From the NCBI GenBank assembly GCA_964106645.2, contig CAXKZF020000136.1: a stretch of 53,303 nt of DNA. One strand, written 5' to 3'. Position 1 is the first letter of the stretch. Each line of letters begins with the position of its first letter. This document shows, in pieces, positions 9,916 to 21,083 of the stretch. Source of the DNA: Podarcis pityusensis (taxonomy: Eukaryota). Position numbers and translations under genes: made by a program. Under the pieces are notes generated by a model. It made no database searches. It worked only from the letters and a program-made list of their open reading frames with translations, and had not been told where the DNA came from.

Positions 9916-10546
9916 CGCGAGCAAACTCCATGAGTTCAAACTTGATAGCTTCGATCTCTCTCGAGGCTTCGTCAGAGGGTTCATCATAGACCGTGGCCCC
10001 GCGAGAGGCGCTTGTGGGGTAAGCGACGCGCTGCGTCGTAACTGAATCGAAGACAGGCAGGCCATAGTCCTTCAGGGCTTCTGCGACCTCGCCCGAGAGC
10101 TTGGTATTTTTGATCGAGCGACTAATCACAAATGCAGCCTTCGGAGTTCCTCCGGTCGCTTCCTGACGGGCCGCTATCAGGTCTACTAAATCAGCACACG
10201 CCCAAATGTCGTAAGGACTTGGTTGTACAGGGATGAGGACGATGTCGGCAGCTCGTACCGCAGCAGCGCTGAGCTTGGCAATCTGGGGCGCACCATCGAT
10301 GACGATCCAGTCATAGCCCCCGGAGATAGCTTGGAGGTCTTTGGGAAGAGTCTCGCGGTCTAGACCCACGACTGGCAGAAGGTCACCGCTATTGGCTTCA
10401 TTCCAATCTCTCGCGCTCCCTTGTTGATCGGCATCTACAAGTAGAACGTTGGCATTCGTGCGTTTTAAAGCGAATGCCAAGTTAGTAGCTATCGTTGTTT
10501 TACCCGACCCACCTTTTTGGTTCAATATCGCAACCACTTTGGGCAT
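9908..10546 (-). CDS. parA: ParA/ParF partition ATPase (type Ib)
   Basis: NQKGGSGKTT deviant Walker A, DADQQGS, IDGAP, PVQPSPYD. Confidence 0.95.
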   Translation of the reverse strand: MPKVVAILNQKGGSGKTTIATNLAFALKRTNANVLLVDADQQGSARDWNEANSGDLLPVVGLDRETLPKDLQAISGGYDWIVIDGAPQIAKLSAAAVRAADIVLIPVQPSPYDIWACADLVDLIAARQEATGGTPKAAFVISRSIKNTKLSGEVAEALKDYGLPVFDSVTTQRVAYPTSASRGATVYDEPSDEASREIEAIKFELMEFARDA

Positions 10547-10566
10547 GCAAACTCCCTAAATTGATG

Positions 10567-10600
10567 TTTTGAGTATAAACACATTTACTCAATTACTCAA
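10567..10600. promoter_or_regulatory. TACTCA boxes in the parA promoter (operator)
   Basis: TGAGTA, TTTACTCA and TTACTCA just upstream of parA. Confidence 0.6.
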
Positions 10601-10763
10601 CTTTATACGATCTGAAGTGAGAAGGTGCGCGCTATAGCGTCGTCCTTAAGATGACTTCGGCGAGCCTCATAAGAGTTCTACGAAGACACGAGCTTTTTTA
10701 CGAAACACGAAACGCTAGAGCGGAACCTCAGGGTCGCCAAGACAGGCAGTTGGTCTACAGGTT

Positions 10764-10960
10764 TTGGAGGCTTACATGCATCCTGCCGGGAGGCGCTGGT
10801 GGGACGAGTTTTATAGGCCACTCCGCAACAACAGGGGAGAGTCGTGGTTGCCTAAGCGCCGTCCGGAAATCGATGTGTGGCGGCGGGACGGCGGCCGCTA
10901 CCTGGGCATCGGCGTGCTCGTCCTAGGCAAAGCTGGAGGGTCTGCCAGACGCTCCGATAG
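10764..10960 (+). pseudogene. Possible C-terminal remnant of a class I SAM methyltransferase
   Basis: WWDEFYRPL...EIDVWRRDG..YLGIGVLVL pattern; no N-terminal part. Confidence 0.3.
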
Positions 10961-10977
10961 GTCAGTCGTGGCGAACG

Positions 10978-11487
10978 TCAGGATGGCCGAGTGCGGAACA
11001 CCTGTTTCGGACCTTTAGGCTGGGCGTCGTTATAGGTTTCAGTGAAGTTCCCGCCCGTGTAAGCGTCAATAACGGCGCGCCAGAAATGCTGGGCGGGGAG
11101 GTTATCCTCGTCCTGCGCCACGTGCCACTCGCCCGGGAAGGTCTCGAAGAGGAGCGTTGCGGCGCGTGCACCTACGCCTTGACGTCGGTACCGGCGCATA
11201 ACGAAAAACTCGGCGACGGAATGGACTTCGGGGTTGAGCTGCCGGGCCAGCACGAACCCCCCGAGCTTCCTGCCGACATGGATGAAGAATGGGTAGCGTT
11301 CCGGCTCGCGCCAGTAGGCGTCGAAGTACGAGCCGAGGCTGAAGCAGCCGGTCGTGTCCGGCTCGTCCCCGTTGAATTCGCTCGCGTCGTAGCGGTAGAG
11401 CTGCGTGAGGTTCGCGAGCGTGATCTTCTCGTCCGTGGAGACGGGCACGAGTTCAACGGTGAGCGTTTGATCTTGCGGCATCTCCAT
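10978..11487 (-). CDS. GNAT acetyltransferase
   Basis: EFFVMRRYRRQGVG, NLPAQHFW. Confidence 0.9.
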   Translation of the reverse strand: MEMPQDQTLTVELVPVSTDEKITLANLTQLYRYDASEFNGDEPDTTGCFSLGSYFDAYWREPERYPFFIHVGRKLGGFVLARQLNPEVHSVAEFFVMRRYRRQGVGARAATLLFETFPGEWHVAQDEDNLPAQHFWRAVIDAYTGGNFTETYNDAQPKGPKQVFRTRPS

Positions 11488-11579
11488 TCAGCTTAGCTCA
11501 GGTCTGCCAACTAGACCTGACGGGGGAAGCGCTCAAGCTTTGTGCGGACGGTGAAGGTCAAAACGACACTGTTAGGGAG

Positions 11580-11830
11580 TTTCATGGCGCCATCAGCCTA
11601 GCGGCTGTCATGCGCTCTGCCGAGCACACCATCTTGATCGCGGCGAGCCTGGACGGCGATGCGGACTCGGTCGCGGCGATAGGTGGTGGCATTGCGGGTG
11701 CGCTCGCGCCGGAGACGGTCAACCGGACTTGGGTTGGGATCGCCGAGAGGATCAACGAGCATAACTTGTTTAGGGTGGCCCAACAACTCGCTGAACGCCT
11801 CGCACAGCGGGTAATCGCATGGCGACCTAA
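11580..11830 (+). pseudogene. ADP-ribosylglycohydrolase C-terminal fragment
   Basis: LDGDADSVAAIGGGIAGA motif without the N-terminal part. Confidence 0.6.
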
Positions 11831-12056
11831 TGGCAGCCGGGGGCAAGTACGCCGAACTCTACAAACTGCAAGCCCGAGGCTACCGATAATCTCGAGGTTT
11901 TCATCCACAGCTTTCATCGAAAGGTCAATCGCCATCTCACTACAACAAGGGGTATCGCACCCCCTTGGCGCAAGCCTTGTAAAATAAAGCGTTCTCGATA
12001 CGACCCGCACCGACCTCACCGCGGGCCATACCGTTCGGGCACAGATTGAGATGATT

Positions 12057-12317
12057 ATGGCGACAGGCAAGGTCAAGTGGTTCAACGGCGAAAAAGGCTT
12101 CGGTTTCATTGAGCAAGATGGTGGGGGTGCAGACGTATTCTGCCACTTCTCTGCTATTAGTGGCAGTGGCTTTCGTAACCTTAATGAGGGCGACCTCGTC
12201 AGCTTCGACGTCGAGCAGGGTCAGAAGGGCTTGCAAGCCAAGAACGTGCAGGTCACTCAGGCAGCCGATCCCAGCGCTTCGGGGCGCTCGTCACGTCCTC
12301 AACGCGACCGCTACTAA
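12057..12317 (+). CDS. csp: Cold-shock protein
   Basis: [24 protein letters not shown]. Confidence 0.97.
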   Translation: MATGKVKWFNGEKGFGFIEQDGGGADVFCHFSAISGSGFRNLNEGDLVSFDVEQGQKGLQAKNVQVTQAADPSASGRSSRPQRDRY

Positions 12318-12507
12318 CAACACATTGTAGAAGGGCAAAAAAAATGGCGCTCGTCTTGAGCGCTCTTATCCTTTTAAAATACCGCCGTATGCGCTATTCG
12401 TCAAGGCGATGCGGGTGTGTAGGCTCGGTAAGGACGAAACCGCAGGCGAGAGCCAGAAAAGCGTTTGGAAAAGGCGCTGTCGGGGCCGGGCGCGCTAATC
12501 TGAAAGC

Positions 12508-12975
12508 GTGGGTCATTCCCTGAACTTGCGCGTACCGCCTCTCATCGTGATGCTCGCCTGGGCGCTGCTGATGTTTCTCCTACACTGGCTGGACAGTCCC
12601 CTGCTCGACTACGACTTTTACGGGCGCCGCACTCTCGCCCTCGTCTTCTGCCTCTTGGGCGTGGCAGTAGCCGTCGCCGGGATCTACACGTTCCGGCAGG
12701 CACAAACGACGGTTGATCCGCGACGCCCAGCGAAAGCCTCGCGGTTGGTCACGAGCGGCGTCTATCGCGTCACCCGCAACCCGATGTACCTGGGGATGGC
12801 ATCTGCTCTTTTCGCCTGGGGAATCTATCTCGGCAGTCTGCTGCCGCTGCTGTTCATGCCGCTGTTCCTGGTTTATATGACTAAGTACCAGATCGTTCCC
12901 GAGGAGCAGGTGCTGCTGCGGCGCTTTGGCGGGACGTTCCACACCTACCGCCGTAAGGTGAGACGTTGGCTTTAG
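12508..12975 (+). CDS. Isoprenylcysteine carboxylmethyltransferase family membrane protein
   Basis: LVTSGVYRVTRNPMYLG, EE..L..RFG..F..Y..KVRRWL. Confidence 0.92.
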   Translation: MGHSLNLRVPPLIVMLAWALLMFLLHWLDSPLLDYDFYGRRTLALVFCLLGVAVAVAGIYTFRQAQTTVDPRRPAKASRLVTSGVYRVTRNPMYLGMASALFAWGIYLGSLLPLLFMPLFLVYMTKYQIVPEEQVLLRRFGGTFHTYRRKVRRWL

Positions 12976-13463
12976 GGATCAACCAGGTCGGTATCGGGCT
13001 TGCCGGGGTGCGGATAACCGAGCACCCGGGCGAGCGCCAGCGCCTGCCCCTTGTGGTGAAACTCGTGCGTTACCGGATGTAAGATCAACCAGCGCTGCGT
13101 CAGCCTACTCTCCTTACTCAAAGCCTCGTTCCAGCCCAGCGGTTCGTCCAGCTCCACGAAGGACTCGAGCGCCCTCTGACCGACGGTGTCGACGCGGTCG
13201 AACACCTTACGCAAACCTGCGACGTCCTCAACGTGCGTGTCGGGTTCGGGCAAGCCGAGTCCGACGCTACCGGTCCACCAGAGGTGGGTGTCGGCGATGT
13301 GTTCGTAGATGGTGCGGAGGCTGCCGTAGGCGAAACTGTCGTGCTGGCGGACGAACACGTCGTGGGGTAGGGTGTCGAGCCAGTCGAGGACGCCTGCGCG
13401 GGTACGGCGGGCGAGATTGTAGAAGGTCGTTAGACCAGGGTCGAGCAGAGACGGCTGAGGCAT
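12972..13463 (-). CDS. DinB family protein
   Basis: SLRTIYEHI, HPVTHEFHHKGQ. Confidence 0.9.
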   Translation of the reverse strand: MPQPSLLDPGLTTFYNLARRTRAGVLDWLDTLPHDVFVRQHDSFAYGSLRTIYEHIADTHLWWTGSVGLGLPEPDTHVEDVAGLRKVFDRVDTVGQRALESFVELDEPLGWNEALSKESRLTQRWLILHPVTHEFHHKGQALALARVLGYPHPGKPDTDLVDP

Positions 13464-13554
13464 GAGCGAGTATAGAGCAGCACCTCAAAGGAGTGGGATG
13501 GCCGCTGACGACGCCTTGCCCGGCTACCTGTCTACAAGCTTCAGTATGCTCAGG

Positions 13555-14760
13555 CTAGTTTTTGCTCTGCGGTTCGACCACCTTGGGGCTAACGACCTCG
13601 TACCAACCACTGGCCCGCGGGTTCCCACCCGCCAACCGTACGAGAACCGACTCTCCTATTTTCAAGTCTTGCCCTTCGTCGAAGTTTTCGACCAGGGTGC
13701 GCTCCCCGTCGACGAAATAGAAACGTAATAGCCCTTCCTCGGACATCTTTGCTAGCTGGTAGACGAGCGCGACCCCACCTTGCGCTCGGGGCGATCCGGC
13801 AGATGACGGTGGCACCTCGACGTAACTCAAGAGTCCGTAGGCGTCACCGGGGTTCCCGGGAACGTTTAGGGATAGCTGTTGCTTGGGTGCTGCCAGTTGC
13901 GGCACCTGGTCGGGCGTCACGAGGTTCAGGTCGGTAGGCTCCGCAACCAAGTTAGGCATCAGCCCCTGCGAAACGACGGTCATGAAGTAAGCCCAGAAGA
14001 AGGCGCGCCCATCCACCGGGTTCGCTTCGTCCCGGAGGCGAAAGGCCACATCATTGAGCTTCACGGTCGGGTCGTCCCAGCCACCAATCTCCAAGCGCGC
14101 GCCCTCGTTCTTGACGAAGAGTTTGACGAGGTTCCACAAGCTCAGATAGCCTTCGTCCTGGAAGATGGTCTGGCCGTTCACGTAGATCGACGCGGGCATA
14201 GTTTCGTTACTACTCAGCGTCAGGAAGATGGGTGTCGTCTCCGGCACGGTAACACTCAAGAACTTGGCGGCCGGACCGAGGACCGTCTTGAAGACGACAC
14301 CTTGAGGTTCCAGCGCACGCCGCAGGGCGCGTTGCGACACCCAGAAATCGTGGTCACTCGCGAAGCAGGTCTGCTCTTGCGTGACCGTGCTGCGGTCGGC
14401 GAGCGCCTGGATGCATTGGCGTGAGGGCCAGAAGGACGAGACATCAAGGGTCTGGGCTGCCCCTTTAGGCCAGAGGCTCACGACCGTTAGTAAGAGGATG
14501 AAGCCGACGAAGCTCGAGCCCGCTACAGTAGGCAGGGTGTAGAGGCGCACCATCCCCGACCGCACCTGACCGGGGTCGCCCAGTTCAGCTAGCGCCCGCT
14601 CGAGCGCCCCCTGCTCGTCCATGCCGCCGACGCGGTGCGTTAGCGTGCGCTCCTCTAGATGTGCTCGAAGTTCTTCCCGCACCTCACGCCGTTTGCGACC
14701 CCATAACCCCCTCGTCGCTCCGCTCAGGTACTTTTCGATAGTTTCCGGTTAGCGTTTCAT
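13555..14760 (-). pseudogene. Permease-prefix/HAAS domain membrane protein, paralog 2 (TAA at codon 4; may restart at GTG 14682)
   Basis: ATG 14760, in-frame TAA 14749-14751, then YLSGATRGLWGRKRREVREELRAHLEER..ALAELGDP. Confidence 0.7.
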
Positions 14761-14831
14761 TTCGCCTCCCATAACGCCTGAACTACGTCAGTGAACTGGC
14801 CTTATGCTTCACACTGCTTGGTTAGGTGTCA

Positions 14832-16037
14832 TTAAGGTTTATGGGCTCCGTAGTTCCGAATTTTGTATCTCACCTGCTCAGCCGGCACAGCTTCGTAGCC
14901 ACGTGCAGTATCACTCCCGGCAAGACGAACCAAGATTGCAGTTCCTGGCTCGGGCTGAGTTTGCAAAGATGTGACAAAGCGTACCGGCTCCTCCGGCAAG
15001 AAAAGCTCGAGCGTACTGCTCTTTTCGACTTGGGCTACATCCATAGACAAAACCGAGGTCAAGTTAGCGAACCATGCAGCGTCAGGGCCGGTGCTTCCTT
15101 GTGACCACTTGGCCAACAACCGTGGGTCGAGAACCACGATCACACCGTAAACCTCACCTGGTTTCGCGATGACCTCGAGGGTCTGCTTTGTGACGCCATC
15201 GTCTTCAGCCTGTAGATCGGTGCGCGGCACAAGCATCAAAACTTTTGCATTGGGTTCCTGAAAAACGACTCTAGCTACATCGTTACTTACGTAAGCACTC
15301 AGGTAAGCTTGGTAAAACGTATCTCCCGGCACCGGGCGCGCGTCACTGCCGACTTGAACCGTGACACCGCCAAAATGTACTCGGGGGTTATTCCATCCTG
15401 TCAGGGAGAGCTGAGGCTGACTCTCCCTGACATCACGCATCAGTTCCCAGAGCGATACATACGACGGGTCAGCCGGTTTGACGTTGTATTTCGGACGACC
15501 CGGCGCACCCGAACGAACATGTACGGGTTGTGAACCAGGAAAGCCTAAAGACAATCTTTGTTCACCTTTGACAGTCACTCCCTGGTCGCGTAACGCCCGC
15601 GAGAGTTCTTGGCGCTCGAGCCAGACGTCATAACCGATGGAGTTGCAAGCTTGAGGTATCGACAGTTCCGAGTCCGGCTCGAGCGCCCTCACACACGCTT
15701 TCGTGGGCAGATAGAAAATGCTTTTGACGCCTTGTGCAGCTGTCTGGGTCCACGTACTTAAGGCAAGAACGGTAGCTGCGGCGAGGATAAGTCCAGAGCC
15801 CGTCAACGCCGGTAAGGTATAAAGTTTTGCCATTCCCACACTCACTTCTTTCGGTTCGCCTAGCTCAGACAGTGCTTTCTCCACAGCATCGGTTTCCCCT
15901 AAACCAGCAATTCGGTGGGCTAGAACCCGTTCGTGTAGGTGCGCCGCTAGTTCCTCCTTGACCTCGAGCCGCTTTTTGCCCCACAGCCCTCGTGTTGACC
16001 GACGCAGATACCTTTCAGTTACCGTTCCATGTTTCAT
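14832..16037 (-). CDS. Permease-prefix domain 1/HAAS membrane-anchored protein, paralog 1
   Basis: ERYLRRSTRGLWGKKRLEVKEELAAHL..ALSELGEP, TM helix, extracytoplasmic domain; ATGA overlap with padR. Confidence 0.85.
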   Translation of the reverse strand: MKHGTVTERYLRRSTRGLWGKKRLEVKEELAAHLHERVLAHRIAGLGETDAVEKALSELGEPKEVSVGMAKLYTLPALTGSGLILAAATVLALSTWTQTAAQGVKSIFYLPTKACVRALEPDSELSIPQACNSIGYDVWLERQELSRALRDQGVTVKGEQRLSLGFPGSQPVHVRSGAPGRPKYNVKPADPSYVSLWELMRDVRESQPQLSLTGWNNPRVHFGGVTVQVGSDARPVPGDTFYQAYLSAYVSNDVARVVFQEPNAKVLMLVPRTDLQAEDDGVTKQTLEVIAKPGEVYGVIVVLDPRLLAKWSQGSTGPDAAWFANLTSVLSMDVAQVEKSSTLELFLPEEPVRFVTSLQTQPEPGTAILVRLAGSDTARGYEAVPAEQVRYKIRNYGAHKP

Positions 16038-16360
16038 TTCGCCTCCCAGAGCGCCTGCACAGCGCCAGTGAACGCCTCCCAGTCCTCCCGCCGGGCAGCG
16101 AGCTGGGCGACGCCGTTCTCGGTCAGCTTGTAGTAGCGCCTGCGCGGCCCGCCAGTGGTGGAAGGCGCGAACTCGGCTTCAACCAGCCCGGCCTTCTCGA
16201 GGCGGTGCAGGGCGGGGTAGAGGCTGCCTTCTTTGAAGTCGAAGTAGCCATCGGTACGGCTCTTGGCTTCGGCGATGATCTGCAACCCGTATTTGGGGTC
16301 GCCCTCCAGAATCGCCAGCAGGATCAGGTCGAGGTTGTCGCGCAGCAGCGCCTTACCCAT
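16034..16360 (-). CDS. PadR family transcriptional regulator
   Basis: YGLQI..EGSLYPALHRLEKAG..RRRYYKLT. Confidence 0.95.
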   Translation of the reverse strand: MGKALLRDNLDLILLAILEGDPKYGLQIIAEAKSRTDGYFDFKEGSLYPALHRLEKAGLVEAEFAPSTTGGPRRRYYKLTENGVAQLAARREDWEAFTGAVQALWEAK

Positions 16361-16390
16361 ATCTACTCCCTAGTCTCATTAGGTAGTTGC

Positions 16391-16419
16391 ATAGTAAGAC
16401 TAGGTAGAGGATCTGTCAA
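16391..16419 (-). promoter_or_regulatory. sigma70-type promoter of the padR operon
   Basis: TTGACA-17bp-TACTAT on the minus strand, overlapped by a CTAGTCT/AGACTAG inverted repeat. Confidence 0.7.
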
Positions 16420-16505
16420 GAGAAGGGGTATGACGAAAAAGGTTTATGGGAGGGTTGGGGTAAAATCGGCAGGCACAAAACCAGACCCTCAAGGAGGTCC
16501 ATACC

Positions 16506-17450
16506 GTGCCTAGTGACCCGCCACAGTCATCCGACCAAACTCAGCAAATCCTTGCTCTCACCGACAGCCTAACCGCCTTGCAGGTCGTTCGCATCACACC
16601 CCTGGCCGAAGGCGAAGGTACAGCTGCCTACAGCGCCTACACGCGTGACGGGCGGACGCTCATCGTACGCGTGCAGAAGCGCGGGGTCTCCGACTTCAAC
16701 CAGGAGGGGTGGGCAATGGCGCGCTGTCGCGAGGCGGGCGTCCCCGTCCCCGAGGTTCACAGCATCTACGACGCTGCGACCACCGGGTTGGGCGCAGTGA
16801 TGGTCATGGACCAAGCCCGGGGACGACCATTAAGCGACGTCCTGCCGTCATTGAGTCCCGACGACGTCAAGAGGGTGTTCGTCAACGTCGGTGCGCTCCT
16901 GGGCCGCCTCCATCAGACATCTGCTCCGGCCTTCGGCTGGCTACGACGCGAGGGAAATGAACCAGGCGCGAGCGACTGGGTCGCCTACGCTCGAGAACTC
17001 CTCGGTGCGCGCCAGAAGGACGCCCCGATGTTAGAGGCAGCAGGATTAAACCCCAACGAGGTTGGTGAACTGCTCGAGGCAGTCTCAAGCATGGCGGACT
17101 TGCCCTATAGGGACCCGGTGCTTTGTCACGGTGATGTAGGTGCCGACCACCTCTTCGTCAACGACGCCCTCGACATTGTGGACCTCATCGACTTCGGCCT
17201 GGCCCAAGGGAGTGCCCCAGCGCTGGACGTGGCGGTCTTGCAGATGTTCCACCCGGAGGTCGAGCGTGCCTGGCTCGCGGAGAGGTACGGCTCGGGGCTT
17301 CTGGAACGTGAGGGCTTCGGGCGCGAGGTTCTGCTGCACCAGGTGAACGCGGCGATGAGCTTCCTGGGCGAGCAGATGCGGCGGGGGGAGCACTGTTATA
17401 AGGACATTGCTGTTCAGGGTTTGCGCTCGTGGCTCATCCAGTTGACGTAA
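16506..17450 (+). CDS. APH-family phosphotransferase
   Basis: GVPVPEV, LCHGDVGADHL, LIDFG. Confidence 0.88.
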   Translation: MPSDPPQSSDQTQQILALTDSLTALQVVRITPLAEGEGTAAYSAYTRDGRTLIVRVQKRGVSDFNQEGWAMARCREAGVPVPEVHSIYDAATTGLGAVMVMDQARGRPLSDVLPSLSPDDVKRVFVNVGALLGRLHQTSAPAFGWLRREGNEPGASDWVAYARELLGARQKDAPMLEAAGLNPNEVGELLEAVSSMADLPYRDPVLCHGDVGADHLFVNDALDIVDLIDFGLAQGSAPALDVAVLQMFHPEVERAWLAERYGSGLLEREGFGREVLLHQVNAAMSFLGEQMRRGEHCYKDIAVQGLRSWLIQLT

Positions 17451-17520
17451 GGGGGTGAAGACTAGCTTCATGAATCCGTGCCCTCTGTCTAGCTGAGAGG
17501 TTGAGAACAAGCACTATGCT

Positions 17521-19600
17521 GTGAGGATGAACTCAGCAGATTATAAGCGCTGGTCCCTGATTCTGTTCGTTATCCTCTCCTTTCTCACAGGTACAGCACA
17601 AGCTTCGCCCCAACTTTACGGCTATGGCAGCCTGACCGACCTGCAGTACAGTCCCGACGGTCGCCTACTGGTGACGGGTACTAATCGCGGCTTTATTCTT
17701 TGGAACGCCCGCTCCCGGCAGATCATCAGGCGAGTCGATCTATCAGGCGCACTCGAGAGCTTTTCTAAGCTTGGCCTCGGGACGGCTGTAGCGTTTAGTC
17801 CCGATGGACGCCAGCTCGCAGCCGCAGCGGGTACAACGCTGCGACTCTGGGACGTTCGCACCTTCAAGTTAATCCGTAGCTACGAGGCCCAACACTTTAG
17901 GGGCAGCAGGCCACCTTCGCTACTTTCGCTAAGCTTCAGTCCATCGGGGGACCGTCTAGCTGCAGGTGCTACCGATGGTCGTGTCCGTCTTTGGGCTATA
18001 AGAAACAAGCAGCCTACCGCTGTTTTTCACACTCGCCCAGCCAACAGTTACGCCTACGACGTCAGCTTCAGCGGCGACGGACGACTCTTGGCTGCCGTAT
18101 CAGGGCTCGGACCCACCGGCATGGTCTCTCGCGTAGAAGCGGGCTCTGTTCGCGTCTGGAATCTTCAAACCCGAACGCTCGTGTTCGGCCTCGAGCCGCC
18201 CAGCGACGTTAAGGCAGTTGCGCTCAGTCCCAATGGCAAGCTGCTGGCCGTCGGCTCCTTTAGCAGCAGGCAGCTTCCGCCCCTCCAAGATGCGAAAAAT
18301 ACTCGTACCTACCGAACCCGTCCTCATACCTACGGGGCTCGACTCTATTCGTTACCCACCGGGAAACTACTGACCAACTATCTGGGGCTTCGCAACGAGG
18401 TCCGTTCGCTTGCCTTTAGCCCCGACGGGACGAGGCTAGCCGGTTCGGCCACTACGGACCGGGCGGTGGTGTGGCGTGTGGCTGACGGTCGTATCGTGGC
18501 GGAACCTACGGGTATGTACGGGGGAATGCAAAACAGCTCTCTGTCGTGGCACCCAAACGGCCAGGTACTGGCCTATGGAACTGATATGGGCGTGCGGCTA
18601 TGGAACATACCGCACAACCGATTCTTGGCACGATTACAGGGTTTTTGCCCCGAATGCGAGGCTGCTTGACATCAGCTCGGACGGGAAGACACTTGCCGCC
18701 GGAAGCTACTCGGGGTTACGTATCTGGTCTATTGCGAACGGTCGCCTGTTACAAGAGATCGGCGACGACGACTTCAAGGCTGCGCGCTTTTCCTCTGATG
18801 GGGAAGGGCTCTTCACTGTTAGGGAGGAGAATTATCAGGGAGAACCCTCCGCTAAAGGAAGGGTCTTTATTGAGCATTACGCCGTACGTGAGGGCAAACG
18901 TCTCGAGTCAGTTCAGACGCCTATCCAAGGGGCACGAGCTGTAACGTTTAGCCGTGACCGCCGTTTTGTGGCTATCATGCGAAACGGTTTTACTGATCCT
19001 ACCAACGAAGGGATCGCCGACCTCTTTGCTCTCCCCTCAGGACGCCATATAGCGGCCCTCGAGCACGTTAGCCGTGTGCCAGGCCTCGATTTTGGTCGGC
19101 CAGCCATGCTGGACACATTAGCGTTTAGTCAGGACGGGTCGAAGCTTGCAGTAAGTACATCTGAGGGTGTGATCTGGCTCTGGAACGTATCTTCGGGTCG
19201 TCTCGTAAAGCGGCTACTTGTCTACAAAACAGCTACAGATGATTACGGGACTGGAGCAATCGCCTGGAGTCCTGATAGAACACGACTTCTGGTTGGTGCA
19301 CAAATTTACGACGTAGCTAGCGGCAACTTGGTTCAGACCCTCCATAAGCAGGAAGTGCTGAGTGTCTACAGTATGGACTGGTTAGCGGACGGGCAGCGTG
19401 TCCTTGTCTCCCGTGCAGGTGGGTATGCCAACAAGTTGACCATCTGGCAGGTCGACGATGCCGTCCATCCCAAGCTTATTGCCATGATCCCCTTAAAGTA
19501 TTCGGTCTATCGAGCGTTGTTCGGTCCGGGCAAGACTATCTTTTTGGAGCATTGGCTTGAAGGATTAATTAGCCGTCACGTCATTCCGGGCGAGCCCTAA
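17521..19600 (+). CDS. Secreted WD40-repeat protein split by a frameshift (ORFs 17521-18669 and 18476-19600)
   Basis: Signal peptide; repeated AFSPDG..LA..VRLWD units in both frames; break near the GGGGTTTTTG/CCCC runs at ~18639-18651. Confidence 0.8.
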
Positions 19601-19723
19601 GGGCACCTGGTATCGCCAAGCTGATCAGGAGGGAAATTCAAGCACTACCGGAAAGGTAATCGAGTGCGGTAGCAAGCACCCGCTCACGAGGCTCAGACGA
19701 ATCTATATAGCACGCCAAACTCT

Positions 19724-20107
19724 TCAGGAAGGCGAAGGTTGCCAGCTCGTCCGCACGGCCTGACTGGCCTTACAGTAGAGGACTTTGACCTCGACACCCA
19801 ACTGCTCCCCCACGCGTAAGCCCCGGTCTAGCGTCTGTCGCCTCCTTACTGGCGTGTCGAGTATGACCGAGAAGCCCTGGAGCAGGAGCTGCTCGCACAC
19901 GTCGAAGCTGACTTCGTAAGTTACCCCTTCGATAGGGCCCTCCAACTCGGAGATCAGTAGCCGGGACTTGATGACGTCTTTGTCGATCACGGGCCAGCCG
20001 AGGCGTTCACCCAGTGCCCGAGCCAGGGTACTTTTGCCCGCGCCTACCGAGCCTGCCATCAAGACGAGCGTCTGTGACGGCAATCCCCCTTCGTTTCGGG
20101 TCGTCAT
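19724..20107 (-). CDS. AAA_33-type P-loop kinase (possibly truncated)
   Basis: GSVGAGKSTLARAL, IDKD, SVILD. Confidence 0.75.
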   Translation of the reverse strand: MTTRNEGGLPSQTLVLMAGSVGAGKSTLARALGERLGWPVIDKDVIKSRLLISELEGPIEGVTYEVSFDVCEQLLLQGFSVILDTPVRRRQTLDRGLRVGEQLGVEVKVLYCKASQAVRTSWQPSPS

Positions 20108-20286
20108 CCACGCAGTATAGCGTCGGAAACCGAGCACCGAATTGCCTAATGGTTGCACTTGAGTTCGACCTGGTATTTTGTCCGGACAGTTACCGCAAGA
20201 AAGCTCTCGAAGGTTAAAGCGGATAGGGTCAGAGAAACCCTAGGTTGCGAGATTCCATCAAATGCCGCGCCATCGTTTTTGCGTGC

Positions 20287-21009
20287 TCAGGCTCGACTTG
20301 CCAGCACACCGCGACTTCCCAAGCCTCGAGTGCTCTCCTGAGGACGAATCGGGTCTATCGCAGGTACGGTCTCGTCTGCCGGGATCAGCGTCGCCAGGTC
20401 GAAGGCTGAAACGTCAACCCGCGCTTCATCCCAGTCGATAAGGGCGATGTGGTCATCCCGAGTTACCAACACGTTGTTCGGGTTTATGTCGCCATGAACG
20501 ACAGACTGCGACTGTCCTGAAAGGGTCGCCCATGCCTCACGGCAAACGCTTATCAAGTCGGCTGGCATCAGCTCGAGGTCGACATCACCGCCCTGCGTCC
20601 GGCTTAGCAGTTCTTGACTGGAAGCGAACCCGGGCCGCTGGGGCCAATGCCGCGTAGCGCCATGAAGTCGCCTCATCGCCTGCTTAGCTGCGGGAAAGTG
20701 GGTGGCGGCAAGGGGTGCACCGTCGATCCACTGTTCTACCGTTACGCCGCCTTCGACAAGGCGACCTTGGAGGCTGGGGACGAACCTGGGCATGACGAGG
20801 CCCGCGGTTTCGACCCTAGGGTAAAGATCTTGAAGCCAGTCGATGCCTGAGGCACTACGACGTGTTGACTTGGCCACCAGCAGTTCATTACCGCGTTCGA
20901 CGAGGAGGACAGTATTGCGGTAGCCGCCCTCGAGCTGCCGCAAGAAGCGCAGGTCACCCCAAGCAGGTAGCACACTGATTACTTGGTCTGGAGTCATCAC
21001 GATCTCCAA
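20287..21009 (-). CDS. APH-family phosphotransferase (C-terminus probably frameshifted)
   Basis: VVHGDINPNNVL, LIDWDEA. Confidence 0.8.
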   Translation of the reverse strand: MEIVMTPDQVISVLPAWGDLRFLRQLEGGYRNTVLLVERGNELLVAKSTRRSASGIDWLQDLYPRVETAGLVMPRFVPSLQGRLVEGGVTVEQWIDGAPLAATHFPAAKQAMRRLHGATRHWPQRPGFASSQELLSRTQGGDVDLELMPADLISVCREAWATLSGQSQSVVHGDINPNNVLVTRDDHIALIDWDEARVDVSAFDLATLIPADETVPAIDPIRPQESTRGLGSRGVLASRA

Positions 21010-21083
21010 TGAAGTTCGACGTTAGAGTTTGTAGACCGATGCCTTTCAGAAGCGGACCAACCTCTGAGAGTATAGATTTTCTT

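Noticed and set aside
17521-19600. Programmed frameshift or two-gene WD40 system
   Set aside because: The break lies at homopolymer runs in an assembly with demonstrable indel errors; an error or simple mutation is more likely
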